DNA of 63,521 nt, filler included, from Octopus bimaculoides (taxonomy: Eukaryota), in assembly GCF_001194135.2 (NCBI RefSeq). It is 5 parts of 5 records of this genome, joined end to end, with 100 filler letters (N's around TTAATTAATTAA, not from the genome) between each part and the next. Parts side by side here need not be neighbours in the genome. Positions count along the whole stretch, not along the records: positions 7,285 to 37,324 come from NC_069008.1; 4 more parts are not named here. One strand, 5' to 3'. Below, piece by piece: positions 12,245 to 24,146 of this stretch. Both the position numbers and the translations under genes were made by a program. A model generated the notes under the pieces. It was not told the DNA's origin and did no database searches. It worked only from the letters and a program-made list of their open reading frames with translations. Each line of letters opens with the position of its first letter. The stretch's first letter is position 1.

Positions 12245-13149
12245 TACNNNNNNNNNNNNNNNNNNNNNNNNNNNNNNNNNNNNNNNNNNNNNNNNNNNNN
12301 NNNNNNNNNNNNNNNNNNNNNNNNNNNNNNNNNNNNNNNNNNNNNNNNNNNNNNNNNNNNNNNNNNNNNNNNNNNNNNNNNNNNNNNNNNNNNNNNNNNN
12401 NNNNNNNNNNNNNNNNNNNNNNNNNNNNNNNNNNNNNNNNNNNNNNNNNNNNNNNNNNNNNNNNNNNNNNNNNNNNNNNNNNNNNNNNNNNNNNNNNNNN
12501 NNNNNNNNNNNNNNNNNNNNNNNNNNNNNNNNNNNNNNNNNNNNNNNNNNNNNNNNNNNNNNNNNNNNNNNNNNNNNNNNNNNNNNNNNNNNNNNNNNNN
12601 NNNNNNNNNNNNNNNNNNNNNNNNNNNNNNNNNNNNNNNNNNNNNNNNNNNNNNNNNNNNNNNNNNNNNNNNNNNNNNNNNNNNNNNNNNNNNNNNNNNN
12701 NNNNNNNNNNNNNNNNNNNNNNNNNNNNNNNNNNNNNNNNNNNNNNNNNNNNNNNNNNNNNNNNNNNNNNNNNNNNNNNNNNNNNNNNNNNNNNNNNNNN
12801 NNNNNNNNNNNNNNNNNNNNNNNNNNNNNNNNNNNNNNNNNNNNNNNNNNNNNNNNNNNNNNNNNNNNNNNNNNNNNNNNNNNNATATATATATATATGC
12901 ATCAATGTTGAATGACGAGAATAAGTACTCAACACAATATTGGTGGATAGAATTTCTTTATTCGTGTATTAAGGCTACCATTGGTTTCATGTTAAGAAAA
13001 ATATCTTAATATCCTAGCTATTTTTATCCAAAATGGAGACGAATACTGTTCGTCCATGTGATTGGCTAGAAAATTTGTTAAGATATTAAGATATTTTTCT
13101 TAACATGAAACCAATGGTAGCAATAATACATACACACACACATATATGA

Positions 13150-13360
13150 ACCATGCCAAAACAGACCACACTGATGCTGGTGTCATGTAAAAAGCATTCA
13201 GTCGACTCTGTAAGTTGGTTGGTATTAGGAAATGCATCCAGCTGTAAAATCCATGCCAAAACAGACAGTAAAGCTTGGTGCAGTTGCTTGCCGTGCCAGT
13301 TGCTGTCAAACCGTCCAACCCATGCCAGTGTGGAAAACAGACATTATATGATGATGATGA
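13150..13360 (+). mobile_element. Diverged repeat with RTE-like 3' end and (GAT)n tail
   Basis: Similar to 10972-11117 and 25640-25830. Confidence 0.65.
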
Positions 13361-13479
13361 TATATATATGTATTCCTATTATTTTGCATCTTTAATTTCT
13401 TGAATTTTCTGATAACAAAGAAACTGGTTTTTAACAAAGAAACAAATCCATCCATCCATCCATTTTCTCTGCTCACTTT

Positions 13480-13880
13480 TCCTAGGAGGGTCATGGAGAC
13501 AGAGTCTTCAGGTATCTCTTCTATAAGATCATATCAGAAGCAACCCTCATTACACTTTTTGGTTGGATCCCCAAATGTGACCAACTTTTCTTGATATACC
13601 ACAAGGTCTCCTTTCAGTTGGCTTGGTTTGGAGAATCAACCTTGTAATTTGTTCCTGCACAACTCTAATCGCATGATTGTCATACTAAAGCTCTGACATC
13701 TCAATGTGGAGGACCTGGAGAGATTCCCTGATCTCCAAGTTAGGCACCCTGTGGAGTAATGTTATCTCAAAGATTCTCTGGAGGTACCTGATTTTGACCA
13801 CTCGTAATCACAATCAGACACTTTTGGTCATTATCCAACATTCATAAGCACAAGGTTAGGATAAATACAAAAACTAGATT
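13480..13880 (-). mobile_element. Old RTE-like LINE 3' fragment
   Basis: Patchy minus-strand translation (RLILQ.KPTERRP.G.....GIQPKSVMRVASD) resembles an RTE ORF C-terminus. Heavily decayed. Confidence 0.45.
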
Positions 13881-13888
13881 GGAAGATA

Positions 13889-14108
13889 TAAGGTGGGCGT
13901 TGAAAAGTTCTGGGCTTTGGGCAAAAGAAGATACAGGAGGATCAGTTAATTATGATTTTATTCAACATATTCCCCACTCAGATTCACACACTTATCGTAG
14001 CAGTCCTTCAGTTTTTCTAAGCCCTGTAAAAAGAACTCAGAACGTTAGGCCTCCATCCAGGCCTTTTGTGATACCCTTAAAGCAAGAAACTTTTAGCACC
14101 CCCTTGAA
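13889..14108. mobile_element. Mariner-type MITE
   Basis: Imperfect TIRs: AAGGTGGGCGTTGAAAAGTTCTGGGCTTT / AAAGCAAGAAACTTTTAGCACCCCCTTG. Confidence 0.6.
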
Positions 14109-15039
14109 GCTCTATCACGAGAAGTAAATAAGAATGAAGTGCTAAATGGTGAATTTTTGAGAAGTGTTGCTTATTTTAGATATCCTGCTTAGAGATTGTA
14201 TTTACAAATCTCTATCTTAGCAGTTTAGTTTCTTTGCCTGAAACCACAGAATTTTCAAGATATGGAAAACAGCTACTTGGAATATAGCCCGGTGCACCAA
14301 TAATTACTGGGACATATATAAGTTTATAATCTACACCAAGAAGTTAAAAGTTTTAAAGTGCTTTTCATAAATAATCTTTTTTTTTTTACTGATTTCAAAA
14401 GAACTTTTGCCATTGCTTGTGTAGTTGAGCTCTATAACCAGAAAATTTTCCCTTTTTGGTCCCAAACAACTCTATCAACCTGTTATTTTTACACTTATTG
14501 GAAATGTCCCATTTGTATTCATGAATTGAAGCATGTGTGTGGGTGTTTGTGTATTATGTATGTATATATGTATGTATACACATATGTATTTATGAATGTA
14601 AGTAGATATGTATATATATATTGTTGCTGTTAAGCAAAAGTGTTATAAGTCCAAAATGTTGCTTTTCCAGAAAATGAAAAAAATAGTTTCACCATTCCAC
14701 TTCTTTTTACATTAGCAACAGTTTCATCCTAACAATAATACTTTGTTGGTTCCATAAAATTGTAACTCCATGCATGTATGATATTTTCAGTCCGAAATAT
14801 TTTTGCAAAACTGTTGTATGTGGGACTTACTACACTTTTGAAAAATGCTAAACCATTGTACTACACTTTGATAATTTTCATATTTTGGCATCTGAAGCAG
14901 CTGGAGATACGATAGTTTGACCAAAAGAACTGGCTATTGCAAACAAAATTAGATATTGAAAACAACACATTTGGCCAAATTTGGACATACAACAGTTTAA
15001 CATAAGAGCAACAATATATGTATATACATATATACATAT

Positions 15040-15070
<31 letters not shown>

Positions 15071-15119
15071 TCTTCTTGTACTCTCTTGCTTTGCTGATTG
15101 AGTTAGGGTTATAGCAATA

Positions 15120-15250
15120 ATAAATGAGTGAAGAATGAATATATAGTGTGTGAGTTTATTTGGCAACAAAAGAAAATTACCATCCCGAAATACAACAATA
15201 TCTGTTTCAACACATGACTTCACATTAGGAATCTCGCAACACAAATTCAT
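15120..15250 (-). repeat. Dispersed repeat homologous to 50640-50772
   Basis: The reverse complement aligns with GAATTTG...GAAACAGATATT...TTCTTCACTCATTTATTA at 50640-50772. Confidence 0.7.
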
Positions 15251-15251
15251 A

Positions 15252-15299
<48 letters not shown>

Positions 15300-15844
15300 T
15301 ATACATATGTATGCATGTATATATGAGTCTTATGTGTAATGTTAATCTTTAATTAATGTATATCTTGTTATAATTACGGAAATCCTTTGTCTGTGTCTAT
15401 TTTTCAATCGCTTCTGTACAATCAGTCTTCTTTGCCAACAAATTCTGTTCCAGAAAATGTTCATCTATGTCCACTTCTGAATCAGATAGACAGATAATGA
15501 CAACAGTTGCCAAAATGTAACAAGACAAATGATAATAAGATATCGCTATTTAGCTTGTGTACAGTTAATGACGACATTTCTAGGACATTAGGATATGATA
15601 AATATTGTGAATGTCTATTTCTTAGAAAGGAAAATAAAGAGCATATATTTATATAGATGAGAATGAGAAAGACAGAATAAGATAGACAGAGACAGTTGGG
15701 AAAAGTCAAATGGACAGAGAAAGAGACAAAATAAAACAGAGCTTGTGAGAGTGTCTGCTTGGTAATTCATTGTGCTAAAAATAGCAGCCAAATTGTCACA
15801 GTATCATAGTATCATCATATTTATTTATTCATTTTCTCACTGTA

Positions 15845-16500
15845 CATTCTGAGTTCAAATTCTACCAAGGTCAACTTTGCTTTTCATCTTTTCAAGGTTG
15901 ATAAAATAAGTACCAGTTGAGCACTGGGGTTAATGTAACTGACCCCCACCCCCACCTCGTACTGCTGGCCTTGGGCCAAAATTTGAAATCATCATCATCA
16001 TCATTATTATTATTATCAAGGCAGCAAGCTGGCAGAATTGTTAGAATGTCTGGTGAAATGCTTAGTGGTAGTTTGTTGCTAAATTCTGAGTTCAAATTTC
16101 ACCAAGGTCAACTTTGCCTTTCATCCTTTTGGGGGTCGATAAATTAAGTACCAGTTGAGTACTGGTGGTTGATGTAATAGACTAACCTCTCCCCCAAATT
16201 TCAGGCCTTGTGCCAATAATAGAAAAGATTATCATTATTATCATTATTATCATTATTATCATTATTATCATTATGGTGGCAAGCTGCCAGAATCATTAGC
16301 ATGATGGACGAAATGCTTAGTGGTATTTTACTTGTCGCTACAATCTGAGTTCAAATTCTGCCGAGGCTGACTTTGCCTTTCTGAGTCGATAAATCAAGTA
16401 CTAGTTACGCATTGATGTTGATGTAATCAACTAGTCCCCTTCGACCAAATTTCAGGCCTTGTGCCTTCAATAGAAAGGATTATTATTATTATTATACATT
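15845..16500 (+). mobile_element. Three tandem tRNA-derived SINE copies (family A, Nin-domain-like)
   Basis: Each unit has a B-box-like GAGTTCAAAT and CTTTCATCCTTT.GGGGTCGATAAA.TAAGTACCAG, and ends in (ATT/ATC)n. Confidence 0.8.
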
Positions 16501-16504
16501 TTAC

Positions 16505-17700
16505 TGAGCATGATGGAAAGTGTCATCAGCTGTCCACAGCCAGCAGACAAAGGTGACATTTGTTTACTGGTCATGCTTCAAGAACTTTGTGGAGAACTCT
16601 TGCAGTTCCATGCTTTTTGTAGGTGTTCTATCTTTACATTTGCACCAATCTTTTTTGTATCATGTTGATAGTTGAGCACTGATACTTCCAAGCATGCCAA
16701 TCACTACTGGTATCCCATCCATTGACAACCAGCATATTTCTCACTTCACTTCATCATAGTTATCATCATCATCATCATCATTTTCATTAGCAACTTCTTC
16801 CAATTCTATTTCCATTTCTTGCTGAGTGTCTTCCTGACACCTAGGGCAAAGAAACATACTGTATACAATGGTAGGCCATTAAAACAAACACACCAGATTG
16901 TTCATTTACAGTCATGTGATAGAGAAAAAGGTGAAGGCAGAGAGAAAAAGTAAAAAACAAATAGAAAAGTAAACAAATAAAATAAAGGGAGATGAAGTAA
17001 AGAAAATTCACAGGGAAAATGCTCTTCTCAATATGTGTGACGTACCAGTTAAGACAATCTTTTGCACTTCCTGTATGAATGGTAAGCCAGAGAACATTCT
17101 TAAATAATTTTCAGTTCCTTTTTTGATTATTCCAAGTGCTCCTACAATTACTGGTATTGTAACCGTTTTGAGATGCGCCATCTTTTCGATTTTGATTAGC
17201 AGATCTTTATATTTTCTGAGCTTATCTCAAATTCTTTTGCCGAGATATTATGGTCACGGGGTATACTCATGTCAATCAATAAACAGACTTTATTGTTCTT
17301 GGCTTTCACAACAATATCTGGTTTATTTGCCTTGATGGTTCGGTCTGTACATACTGGGAAGTCCAAAAGAATAGTTACATTTCCTCCCTCAGTTACAGCC
17401 TCAGGATGGTGCTTGTACCATTTGTCAGCAGTTTTGATTTTATAATGCCAATACATTATTCAATGTAGATATTAGCCAACTCTGTTATGTCTTGATTTGT
17501 ACTCTACAGATGCTAAAACCTTACTGTTTCTACCTCATCGTTGCAGTATTGGCACTTTGGGTCAACACCATTTTTCCTCACACTGGCTTGATAGTTCCGG
17601 GTCAATAAGTTCTGATCTTGGGCAGCCAAGATAAAGCCTTCACTCTCTGCCTTTAGCCCTGTGCTCTGTAGCCACTGATGGGTGTGCTTCTGGTCTACAT
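16505..17700 (-). mobile_element. R4/Dong-like RLE LINE 3' fragments
   Basis: Translates to HQWLQSTGLKAESEGFILAAQDQ, CCHC-type KCQYC...ET, WYKHHPEAVTE and KANKPDIVVK...LLIDMSIP (PD-D/E nuclease). Confidence 0.85.
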
Positions 17701-17725
17701 TATTTTCTTGACTCAGGATTGATGT

Positions 17726-20700
17726 TGTAGTGGCGCGTGTGGCCGCCATTTGGCCGCTATCTTGGGAAGTGCTATTGCGCATGTGCAAGGGATTTGCNNN
17801 NNNNNNNNNNNNNNNNNNNNNNNNNNNNNNNNNNNNNNNNNNNNNNNNNNNNNNNNNNNNNNNNNNNNNNNNNNNNNNNNNNNNNNNNNNNNNNNNNNNN
17901 NNNNNNNNNNNNNNNNNNNNNNNNNNNNNNNNNNNNNNNNNNNNNTCTTAGGTATTCTAGCGGCATGCCTATTCACCCAGGAACGAAACGGCTCTACACC
18001 AACCTAGAATAAACTATTGATCTGTTGTTACCGTTATCCCTCGTGTTGTATTTCTGGATTTAATGATTAATATAAGAACTGGGGAGAGGCGGCCGAGCCG
18101 TCATATCTCATCCAATTCTTATAACTGGTGACCCCTGACGTGATAATGGAATTATCTCTCAAACAACTCGTAAAAAAAAAATGAAGAGATGACGGAAAAA
18201 AAACAACAACACAAGAGACGAGAGAATGGAACAATCCAACCAACTGCAACAGTTTTCTTACCCCGGAGAAAATACCATACAGTCTGGAAACTGAACCATC
18301 AACTACTATGATACGAGCCGTCGCTTATTTCTCTCACGCACGTGTTTTTTTTTTCAACACCAATTGAGGCCGAGAAAAGAACAAACGAGTGAACAGTGAT
18401 TTCTCTTTTCACCTGACTCCACATGGCTTGAAAAACAGAAAAAAAACAAACAACGTTGCTTCCATCTAATGTCTTACAGGACAACCACAAAGAAAAAAAA
18501 TACTACACACACGCACATACATACAAATTTTTTTGCCTGTATTGTTTTTTTTCCTTGCAGCGACGACGTAAGGTTGGTCAACAATATTTTTTTCTACAGA
18601 CAGTACAAAGCAACACCTTCTGAGGTCTAGCCGCTGACCACAGAGCACACAGCCAGTTCCAGCGACGACACGACAATAGCCTCATGGAGACCCAACGCTT
18701 CGTTCAGCAGCTTACGGACCTCCATCTTCATCGCTTCCATCTTCTTAGGGTCAACACCAACTTCTTACTACGTACACAGCAACCAACAGCACACGCACAG
18801 GTTCTATCCCAATACTGTTTGTGAATTATTTCACCATGGTTAACAGCGAATACAAGCTGCGAGAACTCCTGTATCAAGTAACCGGCAGCAGCTTTGAAGC
18901 CACAACCTCTCACGACATGTGCCACTCCTCTGGCTCTGTTACGCGGCCTCGACTTCTTGTTACAGCACTTCAACTACTGTGTACCTTAACTACGAACTGG
19001 TATTTACTATCCTTGTGTCTGGACTTTCTTCTAACGCCCTTATAGACTCTTTTCTATGCTCTGTATTACTTGCACACACATGAATCCATGTTTGTATACA
19101 CATACACTTTGTTTACATGACGGCCTGCCTATTATTGTGTTTATATGTCACACTCACACAAAAAAAAGCAAACACCATTGTTTTTGTTTTACGAACATTT
19201 TTTTCTCTCTCTCTCTCTCTCTCTCTCCTATGCACACATGGTTCCACAATCTTTTCCAAGATTGATCTGGTTCGCGCTTATCACCAGATTCCACCATTTA
19301 TCGCAACTTTTTCAGCGATTCCGCGCATATAATGTGCACACTGTCTTCTAAAACAGATAAACTCTCTCCTCGTGCTTTCAGTCACCTGGACTATATTTTA
19401 CCAGGGTAGCAGAACATCCCTGTTGATGCTCTCACGAGACTCCCTGTCAATTCTATTTCCTCTCCTGCGGCAATTGATTTACTTGCTATTTCGCAGGACC
19501 AAACTCTTTTGTCGACGTTAGATTTAACTTCGCCAAAATTCAACAATTGTAAATTTGCCTATCTTTCACTCCCTTCATCGAAGGCATCGTATACACACCA
19601 CCAGCTACCATCCCGCTTCTAATGGGATGGCTGAGCGATTTCATAGGCAACTTAAGGCTGCCTTACGCGCCTCGCCCAACCCGCAGTCTTGGGTTGAATT
19701 TCTTCAAGGTCGACGCTAATGGTCGTACAGAGATTGTGTCTGTCGACCGTCTGAAAAAAGCGTACCTTGACAAACCCTCAACTTCCGTGGACGACGTGCC
19801 CGTTTTTCAAACACCGCACACACCACTGTCAACATCATTACCACCACGCACACCACTGTCAACATCTTTACCAATGCATACACCAACATAAACACCATCA
19901 CGAACACACATACCAGAAACTACTCCACCTTCGTCGTTGTGACAAAACTCAAGTGACCCTTATGTCACTAGATCTGGCCGGACAATGCATTGGCCAAAGA
20001 AACTTTCCAAAACAATATACATTTGACATTTTTTGTGCCGCCGGCATTTCATTTCTCTGTACAAACAAACATTGTTTTTCTTCCATTTCTGTGCACAGTA
20101 ACGTGCTAAAAGAAAATATGTACACGTTACATATTGTTTCAACCTTTGCATACACATTTGCTCACGCAACACCTTCGTTGCAACTTTCTTTCATACAGAC
20201 CCTATATCTCTAGGTCTAGCTGAACTTTTCATGGTGAACAGAACTTTTTTCTTACTCACATCGTGTCGGATGCAAAGGTTTGCTTCCATTATTGCATCCG
20301 ACACAGCATTGTTTTGCAAATTTATTGAGCTTGTCATTCTTTGTTTTAACAAAACAATTTTTGCTTTTTTATTGTATAATTTTAGCCGTGTTTTCTGGGT
20401 TTGGCGGCCATCTTGCTTCCGCGCTCTCTACAATCTTTCCTTGTTTCNNNNNNNNNNNNNNNNNNNNNNNNNNNNNNNNNNNNNNNNNNNNNNNNNNNNN
20501 NNNNNNNNNNNNNNNGGGGGGGGGGGAGAAATTGTAGTGGCACGTGTGGCCGCCATCTTCGGAAGTGCCATTGCGCATGTACAAGGGATTTGCCGTCAGC
20601 GGAAGTACCCGAGCATGCATGCGCAATGCAACAGGTGGAGAAAAATCAATAGCGTTCGATCTCTTATCCATCCAGCAGCTGTGGCGACAGGACGTTCTTT

Positions 20701-20920
20701 GAGGCTACCCCAACTCGACCCCGACATGTGGTCGAAGCTTCTTAGGTATTCTAGCGGCATGCCTATTCACCCAGGAACGAAACGGCTCTACACCAACCTA
20801 GAATAAACTATTGATCTGTTGTTACCGTTATCCCTCGTGTTGTTGTATTTCTGGATTTAATGATTAATATAAGAACTGGGAAGAGGCGGCCGAGCCGTCA
20901 TATCTCATCCAATTCTTATA
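17726..20920 (+). mobile_element. Non-autonomous Gypsy LTR retrotransposon (element A)
   Basis: LTRs at 17726-18123 and 20533-20920, with an ATGT TSD (17722-25 and 20921-24). A PBS and a G-rich PPT (20516-20530) are present. Internal remnants include GSTIFSKIDLVRAYHQIP (RT) and FFKVDANGRTEIVSVDRLKKAYLD (integrase C-terminus). Confidence 0.9.
18126..18144 (+). promoter_or_regulatory. Primer-binding site complementary to the tRNA-Trp 3' end
   Basis: TGGTGACCCCTGACGTGAT lies 2 nt after the 5' LTR. It equals the tRNA-Trp PBS TGGTGACCCCGACGTGAT with one inserted base. Confidence 0.85.
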
Positions 20921-20924
20921 ATGT

Positions 20925-22425
20925 TATTTGTGATGGTGACCTCAGATATCCGTAATTTCAATAAGCCATTAAATGCTCAGAACCTGACAATGATCTTTCC
21001 TGTTCCTAAGAGGCAAACTTTTTGTAGAAATTCTACAAGGCACTCAATTCCAATCTCTTTTATCTATTTGTCTATTTCATTCTACACCAGTTATCATGAC
21101 AAATTTCATATTCTAGATCCTTGCAAATCAAATTTATTATTATTATTATTAGAATTGTTAGCATGCTAGACAAGATGCTATGTGAAACTTTGTTTATCTA
21201 AAGAGTTCAAGTGCCACTGATGTCAACTTTGTCCTTTTGAGGCTGATGAAATTGGTGCCAGTCAAGTATTGGAGTCAATATAATTGACAAGCCCCCTGCC
21301 TCCCAGCAAATTTCAGACTTTGTGCCTATAGAAGAAAGGATTATTATTATTATTATTATTATTATTGAGTGAAAAAGCAGTGCATACCATCAAAGTGACA
21401 CCAGGCTAAAATATAGGAAGCTCGATCTACCCATCTGACAAGGGTATTATATAATAGATAGATAGAAGTGTTCTTTACTTTTGTACACAAAACTAAAGAA
21501 CTCTTCTATCTATCTATCTATTATTATTATTATGTTGTTGTTTTTTTTTCTTCTTTCTTCAAATTTTCTTCCATTTCTCGCCGAGTGTTTTCCGTACACC
21601 TAGGCCAGAGAAACTCGTTGTATGCATTCCCAGTTTACACACGCAAATTCACAGGTAAAACATGTATTTAAGAAAGAAAAAAATTCAGGAATGCATGTTG
21701 TTTTCACAGCGACAATGCTCTTCTCAGTACATGAGTCGTTCCAGTTAGCACGATTTTTTGCACTTCCTGTAGGGATGGTAAGCCTGGTATCATTTTCAAA
21801 TAGGTTTCAGTACCTTTTTTTATCATTCCTAGAGATCCTACAACCACTGGTATGGTAGTCGCCTTGAGGTGCCACATTTTTTCAATTTCTATTAGCAAGT
21901 CTTTATATTTACTGATCTTGTCAAATTCTTTCGCCGCTATATTATGATCAGAGGGAATACGCATGTCAATTAATAAACACGTCTTCTTTGTCTGATCTTT
22001 TATAATAATATNNNNNNNNNNNNNNNNNNNNNNNNNNNNNNNNNNNNNNNNNNNNNNNNNNNNNNNNNNNNNNNNGCTGACATATTGTCCAGTGTAAATA
22101 CTGGCCAACTCTGTCATGTCTTGCTTTATATTCTACAGGTGCTAAGACTCTACACCCTGAGATTAGGTGGTCTATAGTTTCAATCGCATCGTTACAAAAT
22201 CGGCATTTTGGGTCAGCTCCATTTTTTATCACATTGGCTTGGCAGTTCCGGGTTAATAAGCTTTGGTCTTGAGCAGCCAATATGAAACCTTCACTCTCTG
22301 CTTTTAGCCCTGAACTTCGTAATCACTGATGCGTGCGTTTCTGGTCGACATCAGCTTGTTTGCTACGAGCCACATACTTGCCATGCAGAGGTTTCTGTTC
22401 CCATCTGCTAGCTAATTTTTCATGT
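20925..22425 (-). mobile_element. R4/Dong-like LINE fragments (two or three), with a family A SINE at about 21170-21345 (+)
   Basis: AAQDQSLLTRNCQANVIKNGADPKCRFCNDAIETIDHLISGC...RHDRVG and LLIDMRIPSD...KYKDL.IEIEKMWHLK...GTTHVLRRALSL. Bounded by (TTA)n tracts. Confidence 0.88.
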
Positions 22426-23407
22426 GCTTTTGTCTTTGTTATTATTATTATTATTATTATTATCATTATTATTATTATTATAGCCAGTAGCTGGGTAAGC
22501 TATGCCTAACATTTGCTCAAGAAAGTTTGTTTACATACTGACATGTTCACTCTTAAAACAGTATTTTTCCTTTTCATTTTTGTATAATAGTACACAGGAA
22601 GGGTAAGTTCCTCTTTGTTTAAAATCCCCCATTTCTTGGGAGATTTCCTGACAAATTTTGCTTCAACTGGAAGGTTTTCTTTCTCCTTTCAATTTTTGTT
22701 GAGGAATTCAGTCAAAGATGAAAAATATATCAGTGAGAGAGGGAGAGAGAGTTTGACAAGAACACAGGTAAGTGTCATCTGTTGTGGCAGACAATAGCAA
22801 CAACTTAAGGATGAAAATAAAAATAACTATAATAATAAAATCTTGGAGAAGTGCAAGCCTTACTTTAACAGTACCAGAAAATGTATGTTTTGTTTAGCTG
22901 AGAAAAGAATTATATTAAAAAATTCTCATCGTTAGGACATCTACTCAAACTACAGGGAAAAGACTTTTAGACTAAGCCCACATAAGAGTAGGTATATATT
23001 ACCTTGGCTACAAGTCCTAATATGGCTACCATCACTATATTCTCCACCACCAGTCCTCTTATCATCGCTTTCTGAGAATCCTGTAAGATCTTCAACCAAA
23101 CCAAACCAAACACAAATGAACATACATAGGCACATGTGCCCAAACATGGGGTTAAAGGTTTGGGCACCCATTCAATCCCCTCTGCTCCACTCCCTACAGA
23201 TGCACCAACCCTAAATACATACAACTCCTTAGCATCCCACCCCACACATATTTTCACTCACCAAACTCTTCCTGCTTTGCAGTTAATTCAGGTGTTCTAG
23301 AGCAAAGGGACATAACTCTTGATAAATCCTTCACACACTTGTCTCCTGGTGCTTCATTTCATCAATTTTCACAGCAACCATAAGAAAAAGCATCATTGTT
23401 GTTGTTG

Positions 23408-23438
<31 letters not shown>

Positions 23439-23764
23439 AAGGTGGCAAGCTGCCAGAATCATTAGCACGTTGGACGAAATGCTTAGTGGTATTTCACCTG
23501 TCACTATGTTCTGAGTTCAAATTTGACAAGTGCACAGGGAAGTGTCATCTGTTGTGGCAGACAATAGCAAACTGGATGTGACAATTTCTCACCCCCATTA
23601 ACAGAGAGCAGTCACCATATTTTCCCTATACCTAGCATCTCTGAAGAGCGCATGTACTTAGATAACTGCCCTGTGATCTAATATCCAGAGCAAAAATCAT
23701 TAATAACTATGGCTGAAATGAATCTATAATGTTGTATGCTTTGATTAATGTATGTATGTATGTA

Positions 23765-24146
23765 TAGTCACAGGTGTGGATGTGTAGTAAGTTTGCATCC
23801 CAACCACATTCCTCATTGTGTAGCAGTAAGTGTCTACTACTACAGCCCCAGGCTAACCAAAGTCTTGTGGGTGAACTTGGTAGATGGAAGTTAAAAGAAG
23901 CCTGTCATATATATTTGTGAGTGTGTGTGTACGTGTGCATATCTATGAAAGTGTGTTTTGTGTATGTGTGTGGACTTCATCATTGCTCGACAACTGGTGT
24001 TGGTTTGTTTACATCCCTGTAACTTAGTGGTTCAGCATAAGAACTGAATAGAATAAGTACCAGACTTAAAGAAAGAGTATTGCGGTTGAGTCATTTTGAC
24101 TCAAAATCTTCAAAGTGGTGCCTTGGCATGGTTGCAGTCCAATGAT
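23765..24146 (+). mobile_element. SINE family B (CORE-like), diverged near-full copy
   Basis: Aligns by eye with 40668-41075: head, TG tract and 3' module. Confidence 0.7.
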
